A stretch of 48,848 nt of DNA from an uncultured Eubacteriales bacterium (GTDB lineage Bacteria > Bacillota > Clostridia > TANB77 > UBA1234), in contig CAZRQF010000001.1 of assembly GCA_964602275.1 (NCBI GenBank), positions 1 through 48,848 on the forward strand. The letters run 5' to 3'. Numbering within the stretch: the stretch's first letter is position 1; every line of letters begins with the position of its first letter. Below the pieces are notes generated by a model. The model was not told the DNA's origin. It saw nothing but the letters and a program-made list of their open reading frames with translations, and did no database searches. Position numbers and translations under genes: made by a program. Shown here in pieces: positions 19,101 through 30,424 of the stretch.

Positions 19101-19137
19101 TAATTGTATGAGTATTTGATTTTTAGTAGGAGGCTTT

Positions 19138-19614
19138 ATGACTAAGGTTGAAAAAAGTATTTATGATATTGTACTGCCTGTTACAAAAGAGCTAGGCTAT
19201 TTTTTGTATGATGTCATGTTTGTAAAAGAGGGTAAAGAATATTACCTAAGGATTTTTATTGATAAAGAATCTGGTATCGATTTGGATGATTGTGAAGCTG
19301 TGAGCAATAGAGTAAGTGATTTGCTAGACGAAATTGATCCTATTAGCACATCGTATAATTTAGAAGTTTCGTCTTGTGGTTTAGAAAGACATTTAAGAGA
19401 AGTAGAGCAATATAAAGCTGCACTTGGAAAAGAAATTGAGATTAATTTATTTAAGCCATTAGATGGTGCGAAACAATTTGTTGGAGTTTTGACCGACATT
19501 GACAGTGATAATGTTATTACTTTAAATAATAACGGAAATGATATTAAGCTTAAAATTGATGATGTTTCATCAGCAAAAATTTTATTTAATTGGGAGGATT
19601 TAAAAGATGAATAA
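19138..19614 (+). CDS. rimP: ribosome maturation factor RimP
   Basis: RimP pattern (LEVSSCGLERHL) in the position upstream of nusA. Confidence 0.9.
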   Translation: MTKVEKSIYDIVLPVTKELGYFLYDVMFVKEGKEYYLRIFIDKESGIDLDDCEAVSNRVSDLLDEIDPISTSYNLEVSSCGLERHLREVEQYKAALGKEIEINLFKPLDGAKQFVGVLTDIDSDNVITLNNNGNDIKLKIDDVSSAKILFNWEDLKDE

Positions 19615-20653
19615 GGAGTTTTTTGATGCATTAGAGGAGTTAAGTATAGAGAAAGGTATTAATAAAGATTATTTATTAGATGCAATTGAAAATGCACTTG
19701 TTACTGCGTATAAGAAAAATTTTAATTCTTCAGAAAATGTCAAAATTGTTGTTGACGAAAATAATGCAACAATAAAAGTATATTCACTAAAAGAGGTAGT
19801 TGAAGAAGTTTTTGACCCTGCAATTGAAATTGATTTAGACTCTGCTAGAAAGATTGATAAAAAAGCCAAGATGGAAGATGTTGTTGAAGTTGAAATTACG
19901 CCAAAAGACTTTGGAAGAATTTCTGCTCAAACAGCAAAACAAGTTATAGTTCAAAAAATTAGAGAAGCAGAAAGAGAAATTGTTTTTTCTGAGTATTCAG
20001 ATAGACAAGGCGAAATCGTTTCTGGTTTAGTTCAAAAAGTTGATAAGAATGTTATTATTGTTGACTTAGGCAGACTTGAAGGAATATTAACTTTAAATGA
20101 ACAAATACCTACTGAGATATATGAAGTTAACGATAGAATTAAAGCATATGTTTTAGAAGTTCAAAAGAGCAGTAGAGGTGTTCCGCAAATGCTTATTTCT
20201 AGAACACACCCAGGTTTTGTAAGAAGACTTTTAGAGCTTGAAATTCCTGAAATTTATGAAGGATTAATTGAAATTAAAAATATAGTAAGAGAGCCAGGTT
20301 CTAGAACTAAAGTTGCTGTTTATTCAACAGACCCTAACATCGATCCTGTTGGTTCTTGCGTAGGTCCAAGAGGTACAAGAATTCAAAATATTATAAATGA
20401 ATTAAAAAATGAAAAAATCGATATTGTTGAATGGAGTGAAGACCCAGTACAATACATTGCTTCTGCACTTAGTCCAGCAACAGTTTTAGCAGTAGATTTA
20501 GATGAAGAAAACATGACTTCTAAAGTTGTAGTTCCTGATTCACAATTGTCACTTGCTATTGGTAAAGATGGTCAAAATGCTAGAATTTCTGCTAAACTTA
20601 CTGGTTGGAAGATTGATATAAAAAGTGAAAGCCAAATAAAAGCGGGCGAATAA
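19607..20653 (+). CDS. nusA: transcription termination/antitermination factor NusA
   Basis: N-terminal domain, S1 domain and two KH domains (GSRTKVAV, VGPRGTRIQ, IGKDGQNARISAKLTGWKIDI). Confidence 0.95.
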   Translation: MNKEFFDALEELSIEKGINKDYLLDAIENALVTAYKKNFNSSENVKIVVDENNATIKVYSLKEVVEEVFDPAIEIDLDSARKIDKKAKMEDVVEVEITPKDFGRISAQTAKQVIVQKIREAEREIVFSEYSDRQGEIVSGLVQKVDKNVIIVDLGRLEGILTLNEQIPTEIYEVNDRIKAYVLEVQKSSRGVPQMLISRTHPGFVRRLLELEIPEIYEGLIEIKNIVREPGSRTKVAVYSTDPNIDPVGSCVGPRGTRIQNIINELKNEKIDIVEWSEDPVQYIASALSPATVLAVDLDEENMTSKVVVPDSQLSLAIGKDGQNARISAKLTGWKIDIKSESQIKAGE

Positions 20654-20669
20654 TTAGAGGTGAGAATTG

Positions 20670-20933
20670 ATGAAGAAAGTACCACTTAGACGATGTTTAG
20701 GTTGCTTTGAATCTAAGCCAAAAATAGAACTAATTAGAATAGTGAAATCTAAAGACGGTGAGATTAGTCTCGATAAAACTGGCAAGAAACAAGGCCGAGG
20801 TGCATATATTTGTTATGATAAAGAATGTTTAGAAAAGGTTATAAAAACTAAAAAATTAGATAAAGAGTTTGATGTAACAATATCTGCTGATATATATGAA
20901 AATTTAAGGAGAGACTTGGATAGTGATAAATAA
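20670..20933 (+). CDS. ylxR: YlxR/RnpM family RNA-binding protein (DUF448)
   Basis: PLRRCLGC...GRGAYIC motif in the conserved position after nusA. ATG 20670 follows AGAGGTGA. Confidence 0.85.
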   Translation: MKKVPLRRCLGCFESKPKIELIRIVKSKDGEISLDKTGKKQGRGAYICYDKECLEKVIKTKKLDKEFDVTISADIYENLRRDLDSDK

Positions 20934-21243
20934 AATATATTCAATGATTGGTTTGTGCATGAAAGCAGGAAGACTTGCATACGGTAGCGATATGTGTGAG
21001 GAAAAAATTAAAAGTGGTATGGCGAAACTTTTAATTGTAGCTGAAGATGCATCAGATAATACGAAGAATAAATTTGAAAACCTTTGTAATAGTAATTGTA
21101 TAGATTTTGTGTTTTTTGGAATTATAGAAGAAATTAGTCACAGTATTGGTAAAAATAATAAAGCTATAATTGCAGTTCTCGATGAAGGTTTTGCTATAAA
21201 AATAAAAGAAATGTTAAAAGAAATAAAGGGGGCAAATATTTAG
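20923..21243 (+). CDS. ylxQ: L7Ae-family RNA-binding protein YlxQ
   Basis: L7Ae/L30e-like pattern ([12 protein letters not shown]..., LLIVAEDAS) between ylxR and infB. The start is GTG 20923; ATG 20944 is an alternative. Confidence 0.8.
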   Translation: MINKIYSMIGLCMKAGRLAYGSDMCEEKIKSGMAKLLIVAEDASDNTKNKFENLCNSNCIDFVFFGIIEEISHSIGKNNKAIIAVLDEGFAIKIKEMLKEIKGANI

Positions 21244-21244
21244 T

Positions 21245-24076
21245 ATGGGAAAGTTAAAAGTACATGAATTGGCAAAAGAATTAGGTATGCAAAGTAAAGA
21301 GTTGGTGGATAGACTTATAAATATGGGATATAGTGTGAAAAATCATATGTCTACACTGGAGGATATGGAAGTAAATGAAATTAAAAATAAACTAAATAAG
21401 AAAGAGACAAAAGCCTCTGACAAAACTCAAAATAAGAAAGAAAAGAAACCAATTGCTCCTGTTATAATTAGAAGAGAAGTTACTAAAATAGAAAACACAC
21501 AAGATGTAGCAAAATCTGATGAAAAACTTGAAAGAAGAGATGATTTAGGTGTTGTTCAAAGAAAAACTAATGCAACTATGAATATTAAATATAGAACAGA
21601 ACCTAGAAAGATAGGCTCTATCACTTCTACTATAACAAATAAGAAAGAAGAAGTAAAAGTTGCACCAAAAGAAGTAAAGGAAGTAAAAGAAGAAATGAAA
21701 GAACCTGTTTTAGAAAATAAAGTTCAAAAGGAAAATGTTATAGAAAAGCCTGAGCAAAAAAAGGAGGCTACTCAAGAAAAGGTAGCTCAAGATACTAACA
21801 AGCCATTTTCAAATTCAAAGCCAAATCAACAAAGATCTTTTGATAAAAATAAAAATGGAAATAATTATAATTCAAATAGACACAATAATAATGGAAATAA
21901 TAATTTCTCAAATAACAGAAATAATAAGCCTCAATTTAATAATAACAATAATAGACAACAAAAAGGTCAAGAAAATAGGGTGGAAAAAGGAATTAAAGAG
22001 ATAATGACAAGCGTTGAAATTCCAGTAAAAGAACCTGCTAGAGAAATTGTAAAAACAGGATATAAAGATAAACAAAAAGATAATAGAAAATTTGAAGAAG
22101 ATACTAGAAAAAATAATAAAGGTAAACAATCAAAAAGTGGAAAAGAAAATATTAATTTTGGTAAGCTAAGAGATTTGCAAACAGAAAGTAATTTTTCAAA
22201 TATGTTTAATGATACTGAAAGTAAAATGTTTGATTATTATGATTTGTCAAAAGAAAGAGGATTTAAAAAGAATAAAAAGAAAACTCCTATTGAAAGTAAA
22301 AATCATATAGAACAAAAAATATTTGAACTTACAGATATTGATATTCCTGAAACTATTACAGTAAAAGACTTGGCAGAAAAATTAAAAAAGCAAGCAAGCG
22401 AAATAATAAAGAAACTTATGGGATATGGTGTGCTTGCAACATTAAATCAAGAGCTTGACTACGATACAGCATATTTAGTTGCATCTGAATTTGGTGTAAA
22501 TGCACATAAAAAAGAAGTTGTAACAGACGAAGATATTTTGTTTGACGATACTGACGATAAAGAAGAGGACTTAGAGCCAAGACCACCAATAGTAGTAGTT
22601 ATGGGGCATGTTGACCATGGTAAAACATCTTTGCTTGATGCTATCCGCTCTACAAATGTTATAGATAGAGAAGCTGGTGGTATTACTCAACATATTGGTG
22701 CATACAAAGTAAAAATTAATGATAGAGAAATTACATTTTTGGATACTCCAGGACATGAAGCATTTACTGCAATGCGTGCAAGAGGAGCACAAGTTACAGA
22801 TGTGGCGATTATTATAGTTGCTGCAAATGATGGTATAATGCCTCAAACAGTTGAAGCTATTAATCATGCTAAAGCTGCTGGTGTTTCAATAATTGTTGCA
22901 ATTAATAAAATTGATTTGCCTGATTCAAATATTGATAAAGTAAAACAGGAATTGACTGAGTATGGATTAGTACCTGAAGAATGGGGTGGAGATACGATTT
23001 GTGTTCCTATTTCTGCAAAACATCACAAAAATATTGATAGTTTATTAGAAATGGTATTGCTAGTTGCTGATATGCAAGAGTTAAAATCTAATCCAAATAA
23101 ACAATCAAAAGGTACAGTGCTAGAAGCTAGACTTGATAAAAACACAGGTATAACAGCATCACTTTTAGTACAAAGAGGTACTTTGAATATTGGCGATACA
23201 ATTGTTGTAGGAAGTGTTATTGGTAAGATTAGAGGAATGACAGATGATAAAGGACAGAAAGTAAAATCTGCTGGACCTTCTACACCTGTTGAAGTAATTG
23301 GACTTCCAGAAGTACCAGAAGCTGGTGAAGTATTTTATGAAGTTGAAAATGAAAAAGTTGCTAAGCATTTGATAGAGAAGAGAAAGAGAAAACAAAGAGA
23401 AGAAATGATTAGAAAGAGTGCACCTGTTACTCTAGATAACTTATTTAATCAAATTGAACAAGGCAAGCTTAAAGATTTGAATATTATTATAAAAGCTGAT
23501 GTTCAAGGCTCAGCACAAGCAATTCGTCAATCGCTTGAAAAAATACAAAATGAAGAAGCAAGAGTTAGAATTATACACTCAAATGTTGGTGCGATAACAG
23601 AATCTGATGTTACACTTGCTAAGGTAACTAACTCAATAATTATCGGATTTAATGTAAGACCAGAACCGCTTGCAAGATCTATCGCTGATAAGGAAAAAGT
23701 AGAAATTAAGATATATTCAGTTATATACAATGCTATTGATGATGTTACAGCAGCTTTAAAAGGAATGTTAAAACCAAAATTTAAAGAAGTAATCCAAGGT
23801 ACAGCAGAAGTAAGACAAGTGTTTAAAATTACTAATGTTGGTATGATTGCAGGATGCTATGTTGTAGATGGAAAAATAGTTAGAAATTCAGGTGTTAGAG
23901 TTTTAAGAGATAATGTAGTAATACACGAAGGAAAACTTGTTTCACTTAAGAGAGAAAAAAATGATGTAAAAGATGTTGCAACTGGATATGAATGTGGTGT
24001 TCAAGTAGAAGACTATAATGATATAAAAGTTGGCGATCATATCGAATCATTTATTATGGAAGAAATCAAACAATAG
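21245..24076 (+). CDS. infB: translation initiation factor IF-2
   Basis: G domain [20 protein letters not shown] and NKID, with the C-terminal IF-2 domains. The N-terminal region is long, K/E- and Asn-rich and of low complexity. Confidence 0.95.
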   Translation: MGKLKVHELAKELGMQSKELVDRLINMGYSVKNHMSTLEDMEVNEIKNKLNKKETKASDKTQNKKEKKPIAPVIIRREVTKIENTQDVAKSDEKLERRDDLGVVQRKTNATMNIKYRTEPRKIGSITSTITNKKEEVKVAPKEVKEVKEEMKEPVLENKVQKENVIEKPEQKKEATQEKVAQDTNKPFSNSKPNQQRSFDKNKNGNNYNSNRHNNNGNNNFSNNRNNKPQFNNNNNRQQKGQENRVEKGIKEIMTSVEIPVKEPAREIVKTGYKDKQKDNRKFEEDTRKNNKGKQSKSGKENINFGKLRDLQTESNFSNMFNDTESKMFDYYDLSKERGFKKNKKKTPIESKNHIEQKIFELTDIDIPETITVKDLAEKLKKQASEIIKKLMGYGVLATLNQELDYDTAYLVASEFGVNAHKKEVVTDEDILFDDTDDKEEDLEPRPPIVVVMGHVDHGKTSLLDAIRSTNVIDREAGGITQHIGAYKVKINDREITFLDTPGHEAFTAMRARGAQVTDVAIIIVAANDGIMPQTVEAINHAKAAGVSIIVAINKIDLPDSNIDKVKQELTEYGLVPEEWGGDTICVPISAKHHKNIDSLLEMVLLVADMQELKSNPNKQSKGTVLEARLDKNTGITASLLVQRGTLNIGDTIVVGSVIGKIRGMTDDKGQKVKSAGPSTPVEVIGLPEVPEAGEVFYEVENEKVAKHLIEKRKRKQREEMIRKSAPVTLDNLFNQIEQGKLKDLNIIIKADVQGSAQAIRQSLEKIQNEEARVRIIHSNVGAITESDVTLAKVTNSIIIGFNVRPEPLARSIADKEKVEIKIYSVIYNAIDDVTAALKGMLKPKFKEVIQGTAEVRQVFKITNVGMIAGCYVVDGKIVRNSGVRVLRDNVVIHEGKLVSLKREKNDVKDVATGYECGVQVEDYNDIKVGDHIESFIMEEIKQ

Positions 24077-24088
24077 AAAGGATTTTGT

Positions 24089-24466
24089 ATGGAAAGAACA
24101 GATCGAATTGAAGAAGAAATAAAGAAAATTGTTAGTGTTATTATTGATAGAGAATTAAAAGATCCAAGACTTGACGGATTGATTAGTGTAACAAAAGTTA
24201 CAGTATCAAAAGATTTAAAATATTGCAAAATATTTGTTAGTATGCTTGGCACGAAAGATAATGATGCAGCGATGAAAGCGTTAGAGTCTGCTGCGGGTTA
24301 TGTTAGAAGAGAGGTTGGCTCAAAAGTTAGAATGCATACTACACCAGAAATTAAGTTTGAATTTGATGATTCAATGGAATATGGAGCACATATACAAAAT
24401 ATAATTAATGGATTAGATATAAAACATGATGAAGATGATATAGAAGAAAGTGAGGAGAATGCTTAA
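24089..24466 (+). CDS. rbfA: ribosome-binding factor A
   Basis: RbfA pattern (RIEEEIKKIVSVII..., VTKVTVSKDLKYCKIFVS) with an acidic C-terminal tail. Confidence 0.9.
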   Translation: MERTDRIEEEIKKIVSVIIDRELKDPRLDGLISVTKVTVSKDLKYCKIFVSMLGTKDNDAAMKALESAAGYVRREVGSKVRMHTTPEIKFEFDDSMEYGAHIQNIINGLDIKHDEDDIEESEENA

Positions 24467-25423
24467 ATGGCAACTGTTTTAGATAATATAAAAGAGAGCA
24501 TAGCAAACTCTAATTCTATATTAATACTTACACATGAAAATCCTGATGGAGATGCAGTTGGAAGTTCACTTGGATTTATGCATGCATTAAAAAAACTTGA
24601 CAAAGAAGTTACTGTGTTAATTCCTACTGTAAATTCAATGTATTCTTTTTTGCCAGGGTTTGACGAAATAAAAAAAGAAATCGATGATTATAGAAAATAT
24701 GATTTATGTATTGCACTAGATGCAAGTGACTTAGAAAGATTGCATGTTTGCAGACCATATTTTGAGGCGATTGAAAATACAATTGTAATTGACCATCATA
24801 TAACAAATCAAAACTATGCAGATGTTAACTATGTAAATGCAATTGCATCTTCAACTTGTCAAAACTTAATAATTGTTCTTGCGTTTTTAGGAATATCTAT
24901 AAGTAAAGAAATTGCAGAATGTCTTTATACAGGAATTCTTACAGATACGGGTGGTTTTAGATATAATACTCAATCTGAAACTTTTGAATTTGCAGGAATG
25001 CTTGCAGAAACTGGAATAGATATAGCGAAAATATATAGACTTATTTTTGATACAACAACCGAAAAGAGAACAAGACTTTTAAGTAGAGCGTTAAATAGAC
25101 TTGAACTATTAGAAAATGGCAAAATTGCTTTTACATATATTACTACATCAGATGTTGAAGAACTAAAAAATGAAGATGGTGACCAAGAAGGTATTGTTAA
25201 CTTTGGAAGAAATATTGAAGGCGTAGAAGTTTCAATATTTGTGAGAGAAAAAGATGGAAAATACAAAGTTAGTTTAAGAGCAAATGAATATGTAGATGTA
25301 TCACAAATATCTGCCAAATTTGCTGGTGGTGGACATCTAAGAGCTGCTGGATTTGAAATTTCTATGTCATTAGACCAAATAAAACAAACTGTTGTTGAAG
25401 AAATAAAAAAACAATTAAAATAA
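24467..25423 (+). CDS. nrnA: DHH/DHHA1 phosphoesterase NrnA (oligoribonuclease / pAp phosphatase)
   Basis: HENPDGDAVGS, DHH (VIDHHITN) and GGGHLRAAG motifs. Confidence 0.85.
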   Translation: MATVLDNIKESIANSNSILILTHENPDGDAVGSSLGFMHALKKLDKEVTVLIPTVNSMYSFLPGFDEIKKEIDDYRKYDLCIALDASDLERLHVCRPYFEAIENTIVIDHHITNQNYADVNYVNAIASSTCQNLIIVLAFLGISISKEIAECLYTGILTDTGGFRYNTQSETFEFAGMLAETGIDIAKIYRLIFDTTTEKRTRLLSRALNRLELLENGKIAFTYITTSDVEELKNEDGDQEGIVNFGRNIEGVEVSIFVREKDGKYKVSLRANEYVDVSQISAKFAGGGHLRAAGFEISMSLDQIKQTVVEEIKKQLK

Positions 25424-25428
25424 TAAAT

Positions 25429-25460
25429 AGGTTGCTTTTTAAAAAAGCAGCCTTTGTTTA
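25429..25460 (+). terminator. hairpin terminator after nrnA
   Basis: aggttgcttttt pairs with aaaaagcagcct (one G-U pair), followed by TTGTTT. The U-tract is weak. Confidence 0.5.
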
Positions 25461-25484
25461 ACTAATATAAAAATAGGTGAAAAT

Positions 25485-26324
25485 ATGAAAGATGGAATAC
25501 TAATTATTAATAAAGAAAAAGATATGACATCACATGATGTTGTCGCAAAAGCTAGAAAAATACTTAAAACTAAAAAAATCGGACATACTGGAACATTAGA
25601 CCCTATGGCAACTGGAGTATTAGTATTGTGCGTTGGAAAAGCAACAAAGTTAGTAGACTATCTAACATGTGACGAAAAAATATATGATGTTGAAATGCAA
25701 CTTGGAATAAAAACAGACACGGGAGATGTAACAGGAAACATTATTGAAGAAAAAGATGTTATACTTACTGAAGATTATGAAAAAATATTTAAAACATTTA
25801 TAGGTAAACAAAAACAAATACCTCCGATGTATTCTGCAATAAAGAAAAATGGCGTAAAGCTTTATGAACTTGCGAGAAAAGGAATAGAAATAGAGAGAGA
25901 AGCACGAGATATAGAAATATTTGATATTTATAATATCTCTGTTCTTTCTGAAAATAAGATTAAGTTTTCAGTCCATTGCTCAAAAGGTACATACATACGA
26001 GTGCTATGCGAAGATATTGCAGATAAACTTAATACCGTTGCAACAATGAGTAATTTAAATAGAATAAAGACAGGCAAATTTGATATAGGGTTTTCAAAAC
26101 ATATTGACGAAATTGAAGAAGATGATATCATTTCAATGGAAAAAATATTAGAAAATAAATTTGAAATAAAAGAAAATTTATTAAAAAAACTATTTAATGG
26201 AATGACTATAAAATGTGATTTAAATGACGGGTTATATAATTTGTATTGTAACGAAAAATATTTAGGAATAGGCGAAGTAATAAATAGTGAGCTAAAAAGA
26301 AAAATTATGCTTGAAAGTAATTAA
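25485..26324 (+). CDS. truB: tRNA pseudouridine(55) synthase TruB
   Basis: GHTGTLDPMATGVL catalytic motif and YSAIKKNG. Confidence 0.92.
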   Translation: MKDGILIINKEKDMTSHDVVAKARKILKTKKIGHTGTLDPMATGVLVLCVGKATKLVDYLTCDEKIYDVEMQLGIKTDTGDVTGNIIEEKDVILTEDYEKIFKTFIGKQKQIPPMYSAIKKNGVKLYELARKGIEIEREARDIEIFDIYNISVLSENKIKFSVHCSKGTYIRVLCEDIADKLNTVATMSNLNRIKTGKFDIGFSKHIDEIEEDDIISMEKILENKFEIKENLLKKLFNGMTIKCDLNDGLYNLYCNEKYLGIGEVINSELKRKIMLESN

Positions 26325-26343
26325 TCATAAAAAGCGAATGAAG

Positions 26344-26370
26344 AAGAAGTGGATTTTACCACTTCTTTTC
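26344..26370 (+). terminator. intrinsic terminator after truB
   Basis: aagaagtgg (26344-26352) pairs with ccacttctt (26359-26367), followed by TT. Confidence 0.6.
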
Positions 26371-26484
26371 TAACCTAATAAAGTAAACTGTCGAAATAGT
26401 AGAAAAAGTGTTGATGAAAAATGTTTGTTTTATATATTTTGTTATGCTACGATAAATATATAAAATAAAAATAAGGAGATATAT

Positions 26485-27831
26485 ATGGTAGAAAAAAATC
26501 AAGATTATGAAGTGAATATTATTGATATGGGATTCGAGGGCGAAGGAATTGCTAAAATAGATGGATATACAACATTTGTAAAAGGTGCTATAAAAGGCGA
26601 AAAAGCAAAAATAAAAATGGTAAAAGTAAATAAGGATTATGGCTTTGGAAAATTGTTAGAAATTGAAAAAATGGCAGATTGTAGAGAAGAACCGATGTGT
26701 GAAATATTTAATAGATGTGGTGGATGCTCACTCCAACATATGACATATGAAGCACAACTTGCATTAAAAACCCAAATGGTAAAAAACACAATAAAGAAAT
26801 CGTTAGGATACGAACCATTAGTTAATAATATAATAGGAATGGGAATTCCATATAATTATAGAAACAAAGCACAATATCCAGTAATGAATGGAAAAATAGG
26901 ATTCTATGCAGACCGTTCTCATGATGTAGTAGAGAATAAGGAGTGCTATATACAAAATAAAATGATAGATGAAATATCAAAATATGCTTTTGAATTAACT
27001 AAAAAATATCATGTATCGTGCTACAACGAAAAAACAAGAAAAGGTACTTTAAGACACATTGTAACTAGAATAGGTATAAATACAAACCAAGTTATGGTTA
27101 CATTTATAACAAATGGCGAAAATTTCAAAAGCAAAGAATTAATAGTTAGTGACATAATTAATAAATATCCAAATATATTATCTATAATGCAAAACATCAA
27201 TAGCGAAAACACAAATGTAATCTTTGGTGAAAAGTGTATAACGCTATATGGAAAAGACTATATAATCGACAGATTAGGTGATTACAAATTTAAAATATCA
27301 CCATTATCATTTTATCAGGTAAATCCTGTGCAAACAGAGGCTCTTTATAATGTAGCTAAAAATTATGCTGCATTAACAGGCGAAGAAACCGTATTTGACT
27401 TGTATTCTGGAATAGGTACTATATCAATATTTGTAGCTGAAAATGCTAAGAAAGTATACGGAGTAGAAGTTGTAAAACCTGCAGTAGAAGATGCAAAAGA
27501 AAATGCGGAAATGAATGAAATAAGAAATGTAGAATTTTTGGCGGGGGAAGCGGAAAAAGTAGTACCACAAATGTATGAAAAAGGTATAAGAGCAGATGTA
27601 GTCTTTGTAGACCCACCGAGAAAAGGGTGCGACGAAAAACTATTAGATACAATAATAGAAATGCAAGCTAAAAAAGTTGTTTATATAAGTTGTAATCCAG
27701 CAACACTTGCAAGAGATTTAAAAATCTTAACAAATAGCGGATATGAAATAAAAGAAGTACAACCGGTGGATATGTTTCCGCAGACGGTACATGTGGAGAC
27801 TTGCGTGCTACTAACCTTGAAAAATCAATAG
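26485..27831 (+). CDS. rlmD: 23S rRNA (uracil-C5)-methyltransferase, RlmD/RumA family
   Basis: TRAM domain, Fe-S cysteines (CEIFNRCGGCSLQH), a SAM-binding motif DLYSGIGT, and ISCNPATLARD with C-terminal DMFPQT.HVE. Confidence 0.88.
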   Translation: MVEKNQDYEVNIIDMGFEGEGIAKIDGYTTFVKGAIKGEKAKIKMVKVNKDYGFGKLLEIEKMADCREEPMCEIFNRCGGCSLQHMTYEAQLALKTQMVKNTIKKSLGYEPLVNNIIGMGIPYNYRNKAQYPVMNGKIGFYADRSHDVVENKECYIQNKMIDEISKYAFELTKKYHVSCYNEKTRKGTLRHIVTRIGINTNQVMVTFITNGENFKSKELIVSDIINKYPNILSIMQNINSENTNVIFGEKCITLYGKDYIIDRLGDYKFKISPLSFYQVNPVQTEALYNVAKNYAALTGEETVFDLYSGIGTISIFVAENAKKVYGVEVVKPAVEDAKENAEMNEIRNVEFLAGEAEKVVPQMYEKGIRADVVFVDPPRKGCDEKLLDTIIEMQAKKVVYISCNPATLARDLKILTNSGYEIKEVQPVDMFPQTVHVETCVLLTLKNQ

Positions 27832-27906
27832 TTGTAAGGATTTTTACAAAAATAAAGTTACTAAAAATTTTAAGATATAAGAGATATAAAGATTGGTGGT
27901 GTAAAA

Positions 27907-28266
27907 ATGGAACATATATTAAAACTACAGCCTAAATATTTTGATTTTATTAAAGAGGGGTCAAAAAGAATAGAGTTGAGATTATATGACGAAAAAAGAC
28001 AAAAAATTTCTATTGGGGATACTATAATTTTTCAAAAAGAACCTGATTTAGAAATAACTATGAAAGTAAAAGTTATAGGCTTGTTAAGGTATAATACGTT
28101 TGAAGAATTATTTAAAGATTTTAACATAGAAATAATGGCTGATAAATCAATGACTAAGCGAGAATTGTTAGATGTATTGGAAGAATTTTATACACCCGAA
28201 AAACAAAAACAGTATGGTGTGCTAGGAATACGTATAGAGAAAGTAGGAGATACATGCAATGGGTAA
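27907..28266 (+). CDS. ASCH (PUA-like) domain protein
   Basis: ASCH pattern (LKLQPKYFDFIKEGSKRIELRLYDEKR..., IGDTIIF). The last four codons and the stop lie inside the 52-bp repeat copy 1. Confidence 0.75.
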   Translation: MEHILKLQPKYFDFIKEGSKRIELRLYDEKRQKISIGDTIIFQKEPDLEITMKVKVIGLLRYNTFEELFKDFNIEIMADKSMTKRELLDVLEEFYTPEKQKQYGVLGIRIEKVGDTCNG

Positions 28267-28306
28267 AATGAAACATTGGGATGTTATTGAAGTGTTTGCA
28301 ATGTAT
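28255..28306. repeat. 52-bp direct repeat copy 1 (orphan 3' end of a SAM methyltransferase gene)
   Basis: Identical at 52/52 positions by hand alignment to 30244-30295. It encodes AMGKMKHWDVIEVFAMY in the methyltransferase frame and continues to its own stop (..EKLNL*). Confidence 0.9.
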
Positions 28307-28412
28307 GAGAAACTAAATTTATAACAAGGAGAAATATGAGCATACACAATGATGAAAGATATAATAAATAATATTCAATTCAACATACAATTAGTAAATT
28401 ATAAAAATTAAG

Positions 28413-28448
28413 AATGACAGATAATTGAATTTATCTGTCATTTGTTAT
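28413..28448 (+). terminator. intrinsic terminator in remnant DNA
   Basis: Perfect 12-bp stem aatgacagataa (28413-28424) with ttatctgtcatt (28431-28442), then TTGTTAT. It follows an 11-codon RBS-preceded ORF stub at 28335. Confidence 0.6.
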
Positions 28449-28508
28449 ATAATTTAAGCAGAAAATGGGATATTGATTGCATAAATTTATTGGGAGGAAT
28501 GCATAGTT

Positions 28509-29192
28509 GTGAAAATAAGTGAATTAAATGCTGAATATGATAAATTGCAATTACAGTATGGTGCAAGGGAATTAACTTCTATATATAATGGAGGTTGTAC
28601 AGACAACCCAGATATTTGTTTTGTTTTTATGAATCCAACAGGAAAAAATATTGCATCAGATCCAAATTGGAAAGGTAGAAGGTCTCCTTGGATTGGAACT
28701 AAAAATATATGGAAATTGTTTTATAGAATAGGATTACTTGATGAAGAAATATATAATGATATTATTTCGAAAAAACCACAAGAATGGAGTGAAGAGTTTG
28801 TAGATATAGTATATGATGATGTAGAAAAACACAAATATTTTATTACCAATCTTGGAAAATGTACTCAGATAGATGCTAGAGTGTTACCAAATTTAGTTTA
28901 TAGTCAGTATCTAGATTTATTATGCAAAGAAATAGAAATAATTAATCCAAAAACAATTATAACATTTGGAAATCAAGTGAGTTCTATTATATTAGATAAG
29001 AATATATCAGTATCACAATGTAGAAAACAAAATTTTTCAAAGAATATAGCTGGTAAAAATTATAAAGTATATCCAGTTTATTATCCTATTGGAAATGGAA
29101 TGATGAATATTGATAAAGCAATAGAGGATTTAGACTACATTATAAGAACAAATTTAAAAAGTCAAAAAGATATGGATGATTTTGAGAGATAA
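28509..29192 (+). CDS. uracil-DNA glycosylase superfamily protein (divergent motifs)
   Basis: UDG-fold layout: motif-A position CFVFMNPTGKN, ITNLGKC, PKTIITFGN, and motif-B position VYYPIGNG. The GTG start 28509 follows GGGAGG. Confidence 0.55.
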   Translation: MKISELNAEYDKLQLQYGARELTSIYNGGCTDNPDICFVFMNPTGKNIASDPNWKGRRSPWIGTKNIWKLFYRIGLLDEEIYNDIISKKPQEWSEEFVDIVYDDVEKHKYFITNLGKCTQIDARVLPNLVYSQYLDLLCKEIEIINPKTIITFGNQVSSIILDKNISVSQCRKQNFSKNIAGKNYKVYPVYYPIGNGMMNIDKAIEDLDYIIRTNLKSQKDMDDFER

Positions 29193-29506
29193 CTGAAATA
29201 AAAGAAGTATGCAAGTGGACAAAATCTATCTGCAATTTACTATAATAATTATCTCTACAACTTACAATTTGTTTTTGTTTTGGAGAAAAAGTAATGATAT
29301 CTTTAGTTAAATTTTAAAAAATATCGCAAGCTAAAAACATATCTATAGATGGTAACACCAGTGAAATTGTAACTTTAAGAGCTAAAAAATAAAAAAGATA
29401 AATATAATGTAAATAATATTAAATTTCATTATAAACATTCTATATTTTATTACATAAAATAAGCAATAAAAATTATTGAAAAGTGTTGAGAGAATTTTAT
29501 CGTACT

Positions 29507-29650
29507 TTTCCGATTCGCCAGACACTGTGTGACGAATAAAGTTTGTCGCGTTATCGATTGTTAATGAGAGTATAAAATGAAAAAACAAGAAGTTTTTATG
29601 CAGAAGAATGTGTGAAATCTAATTGGAGTGTAAGACAATTAAAAAGACAA
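29507..29650 (+). pseudogene. fragment of a DUF1016/YhcG-type (PD-(D/E)XK nuclease family) gene, N-terminal region only
   Basis: Translates to FPIRQTLCDE*SLSRYRLLMRV*NEKTRSFYAEECVKSNWSVRQLKRQ, with in-frame TAA at 29537 and 29573. The NNWSVRQLERQ-type motif is typical of the YhcG N-terminal domain. No nuclease domain follows. Confidence 0.6.
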
Positions 29651-29721
29651 AGAGGAAGAATTTTAAAAGATATATTCAAGTGTCTGGAGAATATAGGTGA
29701 TAAAAATGGGAGATGTGCTCT

Positions 29722-30313
29722 ATGAATAATTATAATGACTACTATGCAAAAACTTCAAATGCTACGCACCATAAGTTAGTAGAAAATATAAAAAAATTAA
29801 GTGGCAATGTTCAAAATATTATAGAACTTGGTTGTGGTTCGGGACGAGATACGATTTATCTACTAAAAGAACGGATATAATGTTTTAGGGATTGACAAGG
29901 AATCAACTGAAACTTTAATTAGAGAAAAACTAACTGAAAATGAAAATAGGAATTTTAAATTTATTCAAAGCGATTTTGAAAGTCTTGATGAACTTCCAAA
30001 AACAGATTTAGTATTGTCATTATTCTCTTTACCATTTTGTAGTCCAGATAAATTTGAAAATTTATGGAATAACATATGCAATTCTATTTCTGGTGGAAAG
30101 TATTTTCTAGGAAATTTTTTCGGTAAAAATGATGAATGGAAATTTAATAAAAATATGACTTTTATGTCTTTAGAAGAAATTAAAAAGTTGTTCAAAGATT
30201 TTGATATAATAACTATTTCTGAAAAAGAATATGATAAGCCAACTGCAATGGGTAAAATGAAACATTGGGATGTTATTGAAGTGTTTGCAATGTATAAAAA
30301 CATAGTGTGCTAA
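29722..30313 (+). pseudogene. class I SAM-dependent methyltransferase, frameshifted
   Basis: ATG 29722 gives ...IIELGCGSGRDTIYLLKERI* with a stop at 29878. The sequence continues in the +1 frame from about 29873 (GYNVLGIDKES...HWDVIEVFAMYKNIVC*). The ELGCGSG SAM motif is present. Confidence 0.8.
30244..30295. repeat. 52-bp direct repeat copy 2 (within the methyltransferase pseudogene 3' end)
   Basis: Identical to 28255-28306. Confidence 0.9.
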
Positions 30314-30424
30314 CAGCACAAACCAAAGTATATACAACAATAAATTCAGCAATGGTACAAGCTTATTTATGGCTAGAAGAAGGCAAAGAGAAGAGATAGA
30401 TAGTAAGTTGTAGGAGTGATGAAA

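Noticed and set aside
21700-22150. Asn/Lys/Glu-rich low-complexity stretch in IF-2 ([25 protein letters not shown]...)
   Set aside because: It is in frame within infB. The N-terminal region of IF-2 is known to be variable and compositionally biased, and AT-rich genomes inflate Asn and Lys content. It is not a separate element.
29194-29209. 16-nt match (TGAAATAAAAGAAGTA) to the rlmD 3' end at 27744-27759, possibly an rlmD-like remnant after the UDG-like gene
   Set aside because: The string is A-rich and short. Flanking similarity is weak and the protein-level match is not convincing. A chance match is plausible in this composition.
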